A stretch of DNA of 64,000 nucleotides, from NCBI GenBank assembly GCA_963677925.2, contig CAXXYH010000004.1, positions 512,001 to 576,000 of the forward strand, in the 5' to 3' direction. The notes beneath the pieces were generated by a model, which saw nothing but the letters and a program-made list of their open reading frames with translations, did no database searches and had not been told where the DNA came from. Each line of letters opens with the position of its first letter. Within the stretch, counting starts at the first letter, position 1. The DNA is from Spirochaetia bacterium (GTDB lineage Bacteria; Spirochaetota; Spirochaetia; UBA9216). Both the position numbers and the translations under genes were made by a program. Of the stretch, positions 57,713 to 64,000 are shown in pieces.

Positions 57713-59899
57713 TTAATGTAGACCGCCCCAAAAGGATTTTAACGAGTTCAACCATTCCCAAAGAAAATCAAAGCCTTCTGAGAGTGTAACCTCTCTATTG
57801 TTTTGTATTGTCTGAGAAGGATTCTTCTCAACCAAGACTTCATATATTTCACAAGAAGGATCATAAACCGTATCACGTTTATTTCCTGTAATTGTATAAA
57901 AAGACTTTAAAGTTCCTGCTGTCAGGTTTAATAGTTCACTCATGACTAAGTATGAACTATCTAAACCTCCTTGGGCGATTTGAAAATTATATTGTTTTGT
58001 TTCAGAATCATAATCTGGTAAACCAATTTCTAAAAGAATTGTAGGGTATTGCTCTGTTGATTCAGAAAAATCTTTTCTGCCAATATCTAAGATCCAGAAA
58101 TTGCCATCAAACTCAGGCTCCATGAATGTTTGTGAATACCCATCCGGATAGGATACTCGGATGGGATCTGTAATTCCGATACCAGAAGAAACCCATTCAA
58201 GTCCCCAGTTATTAAGCTCATATAGTCTAATCCATTTAGGTTCAAAATTTAGGGATATGATTGGATGATAATATAAATTTGATTTATCAAATTTGTTAAA
58301 ATTACCGAAATGATATGTTAAAATATTTGGAAGGCTGAAATAATTAAATTTACCATAAAAGTTTTTTCTCCAAGAAAACCAAGTCATTTCAGAAGATGCT
58401 ATAAGCTTAGGGATTGTTTCAAAGGCCAACCCATATTCAGACTCTAATATTTCATCGATGTAATTTTTTGTATTAGAAGTCTCAATTAAAGGAGCAGTAT
58501 TGTTTTGAATTTCATTAGTTCCAGGCACTTTAATATATCTCTGTAGATAACTCTGTTCCCCATCACTTTTTATTAGTGTATTTCCAGATTCAAGTTGCGT
58601 ATCTTTTAAATTTGAAGTAAAAACTGAAAAAAATTCATCTGTTAAGTTATGTCCATTTATTTCTAATCCATCTTGCAAATCGACATGGTTAATATAAACA
58701 CGATAATAAAAATAATCTGTTAAGCTATCCAATTCTACACTATTAAGGATAATAGACTTGTCTATTGTATATTCCAACTGAGGTATCGCTTCAGTATCTA
58801 ATAAAGTAGTGCCCGAAGAATCCCATTGTTTAATTTGAAAATTATAAATAGCATCAGTAATAGAAATATCACTTGCTAAAATTGGGATTTGTTTCACTAT
58901 GCGTTTATCTTTATCATAAATTCCAACTTTAAAAGTTATGTCGGATGAACTTGCATAACTGTTTACTTTAAAGTTAAGATTTAAAGTTGTTCCTGAAAGA
59001 GATGTATTACTATAATAAATCAGAGTAGCTGCTGTTTGTTTTACAATATCACGTATTTCTTCAACTTGGGCACTATTTGGAAGTGAACCTGTATATTTAC
59101 TTAATATTCTATCATCAGAAATCATATTAATTGTTAGGCCGCAATCTGATGTTGTCTGATATGAATTTGAAGTATCAATAGCAATAAACCTCATGATATA
59201 ATCCTGATCAAATATAGAAGTGTTGGGTTCTGTATTTGTGCTGTGCCGGTTTGATGATGAAAGATATGGAATGTACACAGTTGACTTCGAATTTGCAATA
59301 TCAAATCCATATAACACTTCTTTTCCAGATTGAAAAGGAATATTATAGCTCCAAATACGTACCAACATATCAGGAGTTAGCTCGTCAATTTCTGAAGGGC
59401 TAAGAGGTAAGTCGAAATTTATATGAAGTATATTTTGAAAAATATTTGAATTCTTATAAAGCTCAAATCCACTTTTTAATTGAGTTATAGCTGAGGATGG
59501 AATTTTGAACCTTTCAGTAATTTGCACATCTGTGTCATCATATGGTTGGCTTAATGCCATATATAAGTCAATATCACTAATATCTAAATAGGTTGAAACC
59601 TCGAATTCAATATGTACAGAAGAATTAGAATGAATATAAATATTTGAACCATTAATTAGACAGGGAACCAAACGTCCTGCCCACTGTCTGATTTCAGTTT
59701 CATCAGTTATGTTACGAGAATTATTACTTTCTTTTGAGTTAGTAGCGTCAATTCCGATTGTATCAAATCCAAAATACTCAATTGTGAGATTCGCGTTTGA
59801 TTCTATTACACCATCTGGTAGCCATAAATTACAACTGAATAAAAATATTAAAAGTATTACTATAATTAAATACTGGGTTCTATCTTTTTTATATTTCAT
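57713..59899 (-). CDS. Large hypothetical lipoprotein with an internal tandem domain duplication
   Basis: Lipobox LFSC; AT-rich; residues ~37-241 and ~254-458 align with each other. Confidence 0.8.
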   Translation of the reverse strand: MKYKKDRTQYLIIVILLIFLFSCNLWLPDGVIESNANLTIEYFGFDTIGIDATNSKESNNSRNITDETEIRQWAGRLVPCLINGSNIYIHSNSSVHIEFEVSTYLDISDIDLYMALSQPYDDTDVQITERFKIPSSAITQLKSGFELYKNSNIFQNILHINFDLPLSPSEIDELTPDMLVRIWSYNIPFQSGKEVLYGFDIANSKSTVYIPYLSSSNRHSTNTEPNTSIFDQDYIMRFIAIDTSNSYQTTSDCGLTINMISDDRILSKYTGSLPNSAQVEEIRDIVKQTAATLIYYSNTSLSGTTLNLNFKVNSYASSSDITFKVGIYDKDKRIVKQIPILASDISITDAIYNFQIKQWDSSGTTLLDTEAIPQLEYTIDKSIILNSVELDSLTDYFYYRVYINHVDLQDGLEINGHNLTDEFFSVFTSNLKDTQLESGNTLIKSDGEQSYLQRYIKVPGTNEIQNNTAPLIETSNTKNYIDEILESEYGLAFETIPKLIASSEMTWFSWRKNFYGKFNYFSLPNILTYHFGNFNKFDKSNLYYHPIISLNFEPKWIRLYELNNWGLEWVSSGIGITDPIRVSYPDGYSQTFMEPEFDGNFWILDIGRKDFSESTEQYPTILLEIGLPDYDSETKQYNFQIAQGGLDSSYLVMSELLNLTAGTLKSFYTITGNKRDTVYDPSCEIYEVLVEKNPSQTIQNNREVTLSEGFDFLWEWLNSLKSFWGGLH

Positions 59900-60812
59900 C
59901 TGATTCGCTCCTACGGATATTTACGATATATGTTTTTTGAGACACACCATCCTCTGAGGTAATAAAAATATTCAGGATGTTATTTCCATATTCAAGCGGA
60001 AACCCTGAATAAATTTCTCCAGAAGATAATAGAATGCTGTCATTGGCAAGAATTGAAATGTTTGAATCCGTTCCAAAAAACTCAAAGCTTATGTTTTCTA
60101 CATTGACAGCTACCTGATTAGTATATGTGTAAGTGTTTGTATCAAAAGCGGGATCCAATATGCCGTCAGAAAATAATACAGATGATAATGATGCTGCGGT
60201 CCCTGCCGAATTACGGGTAACCGATATTGAGTATTCGGATTCAGAAGTACCGGAACTGTCCGATAGCTTAATTGTAATGGAATTATCTCCTTCAGCAAGA
60301 TCTACCGTCGAATTATCTTCTATCCCATTTATTTTGGTAATCAAATCCGTTTTACCTGGAATTGTAAATACTTCCAAGCTGGTACATGAATATGAAACTG
60401 AGGTTGAATATTCATAAATATCTGAAGAAAATTCCGGGATAAGAAGGCCTTCAGAAAGATAGAGATTATACAATCTTGTATCCACTGAATTAACAACGTT
60501 TACTGTACATGTAGCATAATCCCCGGTTTTTGTTTCACCAATGAAAATTTCTGCGGTACCCAGGCTCTCAGCTGTTAAGGTCCACTGAAAATCTGTGTCG
60601 GGGATGACCTCAATCGAAACGATGTCGTTATCGCTCGAATTCCACCACATGTAAGATTCGTCACTGCGCGGCAGAATAGTTGCAGATAATGTCTTGATAT
60701 CCCCAACGTTCATTTCAACTTCTGTATTATCCAAAGTTATTGATGTTATTGGATTACATCCAATAAGAAGCAGCAATAACGGACCGATAATAAGCCACCT
60801 TCTTTTTGTCAT
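59889..60812 (-). CDS. Lipoprotein with Ig-like (Big_2) and two cadherin-like beta-sandwich domains
   Basis: LIGC; ITSITLD...MNVGD.KTLSATI.P...WNSSDNDIVSI; two units L.P.F....Y.Y...V...L..G.N.I.I...DG....Y...V.R. Confidence 0.85.
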   Translation of the reverse strand: MTKRRWLIIGPLLLLLIGCNPITSITLDNTEVEMNVGDIKTLSATILPRSDESYMWWNSSDNDIVSIEVIPDTDFQWTLTAESLGTAEIFIGETKTGDYATCTVNVVNSVDTRLYNLYLSEGLLIPEFSSDIYEYSTSVSYSCTSLEVFTIPGKTDLITKINGIEDNSTVDLAEGDNSITIKLSDSSGTSESEYSISVTRNSAGTAASLSSVLFSDGILDPAFDTNTYTYTNQVAVNVENISFEFFGTDSNISILANDSILLSSGEIYSGFPLEYGNNILNIFITSEDGVSQKTYIVNIRRSESDEI

Positions 60813-60827
60813 GTTTTTCTCCTCTTG

Positions 60828-61211
60828 CTAATTATCTGAAAAGCTTGATAGCTCTACATATTCCTGATCAATTATGTATTGTGAATCTCCATCCTGTATA
60901 ACGGCCGAGATATAAATGAAATTCAGATCTAATTGCACAGATACTTCCTGCAGTTTTCCAACTTCAGCGTTTGAAACTTCAATCAGCAGTTCAGCCTCTT
61001 GATCTGCAGTTTCGGTATAATATAAGGTTATATTGTCAATGTAGTAATTAAGGTTGTTGGTTGTTTGAGCTCCGAATTTCAGGATGCCGGGATATAGCTT
61101 ATAAAAGATAGTTATTTCATCAATTTCGTTACGACACCCTGTTGAAGATATAAAAAAAAGGGATATAAGGAGTAAGCCTTTCATAAATTTTGATAGTAAA
61201 TTAAGTTTCAT
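60828..61211 (-). CDS. Hypothetical lipoprotein
   Basis: Signal peptide ending STGC; co-oriented with its neighbours. Confidence 0.7.
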   Translation of the reverse strand: MKLNLLSKFMKGLLLISLFFISSTGCRNEIDEITIFYKLYPGILKFGAQTTNNLNYYIDNITLYYTETADQEAELLIEVSNAEVGKLQEVSVQLDLNFIYISAVIQDGDSQYIIDQEYVELSSFSDN

Positions 61212-61226
61212 AATTTATAATTATTT

Positions 61227-61655
61227 TCAATAATAGGTGATTGCTTTACTGTCCTTGTATAAAACTGAATATGAGCCATCATAGTTATCTTCCTCGAGAC
61301 TTAATTCAATCGTATAAGGCTCAAGATATGAAGCATTTTCCTCAGGTTCAAATGTCGCACTTACCGGAATAATGCCTGTTTTAGTCGTAAGAGTGTTTGA
61401 TTCATTATTTAAAAGTGTACCTATATACGGCCATTTGTCATCTGTAAATCTTAGAGTCACAACTATCCGATAAGTCTTCTCAATATCAAAATCTGTTATA
61501 TTGTATTTAAGGTAGATTTCTATAGAATCACCCTCTGATATTTCTGTCCCAGCTTCAGGGCTGACAGAAATAATTTCCAGATAACTGGACTCAAATGAAC
61601 AGGAAGTGATTAAAATCGTTAATATAATTGTTAGTATTTTAAATATATTTTTCAT
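61227..61655 (-). CDS. Hypothetical lipoprotein
   Basis: MKNIFK...ITSC lipobox; Ig-like IISVSPEAG start. Confidence 0.75.
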   Translation of the reverse strand: MKNIFKILTIILTILITSCSFESSYLEIISVSPEAGTEISEGDSIEIYLKYNITDFDIEKTYRIVVTLRFTDDKWPYIGTLLNNESNTLTTKTGIIPVSATFEPEENASYLEPYTIELSLEEDNYDGSYSVLYKDSKAITYY

Positions 61656-61814
61656 ATACAGCCTGAACTCCAAGGCGATTTAATGATTAGTATATTGATA
61701 TGATATAGCAGGTTTTCGATTCAGACAAAACATTTTTTATTTTTTACCAGCTTAGGGATAAATCTCCTAAGTTTTGCAGACTCAATTCTAATACAGTATA
61801 ATTAATATAGAACA

Positions 61815-64000
61815 ATGAATAATTCCCGGGGTGGTTCAGAACTTAAACTCTTTGGAAACCCCGTCCTGATGCAGGGCGGTATGGCGCTGCAGGTTTCCCG
61901 GAGGAAAATTTACGGCCTCCTTGCGTTTCTTGCCTTCTCAAAAAGACAGTACAGCAGGGACAGACTCTCTGATCTGTTTTGGCCGGCACAGGATGAAAAA
62001 CGTTCCCGCGGCAGTCTCCGCGTCCTTCTTTCTGAGATTCATAAAATCATGCCCCCGGAAATTCTTCCGGTATCAAATGAAATGATTGGTCCTCTAGATC
62101 TTCGTGCTGTATCTGTGGATACAGAAACCTTTCAGGAACTGATAACCCTGGTTCGTCATAATATGCATTCTGCAGATAAGAATGAAAAGTCCGGAAAACA
62201 GGCTGATGAGGATTTTTTATTAAAAGCAATCTCTCTTTACAGGGGAGATTTTTTGTCCGGCTTCAGTCTTAAAAATTGTCTGCAGTTCAGCGACTGGCAG
62301 CTTCAGCAATGCGAATTTCTGAATCGTGAGCTTTGTTTTGCACTTGAGTCTCTTGTTGCTATTTACGAAAAGAAGGCAGATTTTGAGAAGGGCATACATT
62401 ACTGCAGAAAGTATGTGGAGCAGGATTATCTTAATGAAGAAGCTCACTGTACAATGATGCGTTTATATGCCGCTTCCGGGCAGCGGAACCTTGCGGTTAA
62501 TCAGTTTCAATTATGTAAAAAAGCTCTTATTGAAGAACTTAATTTACGGCCTGAAGAGTCAACTTTTGAGCTGTATGAATCTATACTTCACAGCCGGCCT
62601 GTCCGGAAAAAATCTGAAAATATTGCTTCTCCGGTAAGGCCCAGAATTGCGGTTCTCCCTTTTAAAAACCTTACACATGAGCAGGAATGGTTCAGCGATG
62701 CGATGACTGATGCCCTGATTACCGAACTATCAGGTAAAAACACTCTTGAGGTGATCAGCTATAATTCGAGCCGGTATTTCAAAGACACTGAACGATCTGT
62801 ACGTCAGGTTGCTTCAGAACTCAGGGCTCATTACCTACTTGACGGATCAGTTGTTAAGTCAGGTGACGAAATCCGTATATCCGCCCGGCTGATTGAAGCT
62901 GCCGGAGAGCGTAATGTATGGGGTGAAAGCTATCATGGAAGCTTTTCAAATTTACTGGCGCTGCAGGGAAAGATTGCCGGGATGATTACAGGCTGCGTTA
63001 CCGGTGAAATTATCGGAAATCCTGAAAACGAACTGGAGGCTGATGTAAAAACAGAGGCCAAAGAAGCCTGCCTGATGGGTGATTTCTATTTAAGGAAAAG
63101 TGAAAGCGATGAAGAAATTGATAAAGCCAGAGGGTTTTATCAGAAGGCCGCCGAAATTGATTCCTCCTGCGCCGAAGCCTATGCAGGCCTTGCCTTTACT
63201 TATTTTTCCATTGCAGGAAACGGCAGGGATCTGCTGCCCACTGAAGAGGAAAAGGAACGGGTCCGTTTTTATACCGGGAAGGCATTAAAACTGGATCCGC
63301 GGAATTGCAGAGCCCGTATGATTCTTGCAGGCTCACACTGGGAGTGGGATTTTAATTTTTCTGCCGCCGAGAAAGAGTTTGATGAGGTATTAAGGATAAA
63401 TCCGAATAATATTGAAGCGCTATGCTGGTTTGCAGAACTGAAAATGCTTTTAGGTAAAATTGATGAAATGGGAGACCTGGTACAGAAGGCATACAGTTTA
63501 AACCCGATTGATTTTCTGAGCCTTGATCATATGTTCAGATACCATATAATGACGCTTCAGTATCGCCGCTGTTTTGAGATTATAGACAGGATTGAGGAGC
63601 TGTATCCCGGTCACAGCAGTACCTCATTTATGTATGCTTTAATGTTCATTCGTAATGGACAGTATGATAAGGCTGTAGGACATATAGAAAAAGCGTTAAG
63701 TATAATTCCAGAATTTGATGCGTACCGGAATGTTCTCTCTCTGGCTTATGCCGGGGCAGGACGGAACCAAGAGGCTTCCGGGATATTATCAGGAATGATG
63801 AAGGATCGGGAAAACGGAAAAAATATCAGGGCTTTTGATATAAGCCTTTCCTGTCATGCTGTAGGAAGGGATGAAGAGGCCCTTAACTGGCTGGAAGTTT
63901 CTCACAGGGAGGATAAAATGTACACATTTAACGCGTTGTTTATTCCCTCGTTCGGCGAGCTTCACTGGGATTCCCGGTTTCAGAATATTTTCTCCGATGA
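61815..64000 (+). CDS. SARP/BTAD transcriptional activator with TolB-like and TPR domains (3' partial)
   Basis: Not in the ORF track because it has no stop in the window. Hand translation: LKLFGNP...LLAFLA...SRDRLSDLFWP...SLRVLL, LYRGDFLSG, EEAHCTMMRLYA..GQR, IAVLPFKNL...WFSDAMTDALITELS, TPRs, and terminal LHWDSRFQ in the same frame. Confidence 0.9.
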   Translation, partial: MNNSRGGSELKLFGNPVLMQGGMALQVSRRKIYGLLAFLAFSKRQYSRDRLSDLFWPAQDEKRSRGSLRVLLSEIHKIMPPEILPVSNEMIGPLDLRAVSVDTETFQELITLVRHNMHSADKNEKSGKQADEDFLLKAISLYRGDFLSGFSLKNCLQFSDWQLQQCEFLNRELCFALESLVAIYEKKADFEKGIHYCRKYVEQDYLNEEAHCTMMRLYAASGQRNLAVNQFQLCKKALIEELNLRPEESTFELYESILHSRPVRKKSENIASPVRPRIAVLPFKNLTHEQEWFSDAMTDALITELSGKNTLEVISYNSSRYFKDTERSVRQVASELRAHYLLDGSVVKSGDEIRISARLIEAAGERNVWGESYHGSFSNLLALQGKIAGMITGCVTGEIIGNPENELEADVKTEAKEACLMGDFYLRKSESDEEIDKARGFYQKAAEIDSSCAEAYAGLAFTYFSIAGNGRDLLPTEEEKERVRFYTGKALKLDPRNCRARMILAGSHWEWDFNFSAAEKEFDEVLRINPNNIEALCWFAELKMLLGKIDEMGDLVQKAYSLNPIDFLSLDHMFRYHIMTLQYRRCFEIIDRIEELYPGHSSTSFMYALMFIRNGQYDKAVGHIEKALSIIPEFDAYRNVLSLAYAGAGRNQEASGILSGMMKDRENGKNIRAFDISLSCHAVGRDEEALNWLEVSHREDKMYTFNALFIPSFGELHWDSRFQNIFSD

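Noticed and set aside
62047-63288. Short ORFs 62047-62229, 62220-62447 and 63100-63288
   Set aside because: They overlap the long SARP/BTAD reading frame that starts at 61815.
1-64000. CRISPR array, rRNA, IS transposase or prophage structural genes
   Set aside because: No regularly spaced repeats or recognisable motifs found by eye.

Overview
Bacterial chromosomal window, probably from a free-living anaerobic spirochaete (inferred from Spirochaeta-style signal peptides and many lipoproteins). Bases 1-4329 are the end of an AT-rich island carrying an RHS polymorphic toxin and a putative immunity gene. The island ends at a 5'-truncated tRNA-Leu(CAG) that looks like an att site. The rest is mostly core and accessory genes: a membrane-anchored LuxR regulator between two exported-protease units that share a palindromic operator, a MarR/CDF metal-efflux pair, an MCP-hemerythrin, a degenerate-GGDEF/phosphoglycosyl-transferase fusion, iorAB, a PocR kinase, an RND pump, a periplasmic Trx-DipZ-MsrB-MsrA operon with a two-component system, TrmB-lysA, ABC systems, argO/argP and acnA. 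There are two clusters of orphan lipoproteins. One is bracketed by a 46-bp direct repeat made of the argP 3' end plus its terminator. The other lies opposite a SARP/BTAD-TPR regulator that runs off the window and is missing from the ORF track. No CRISPR array, rRNA, integrase, transposase or reverse transcriptase was seen. All family calls come from motif recognition by eye, not database searches.
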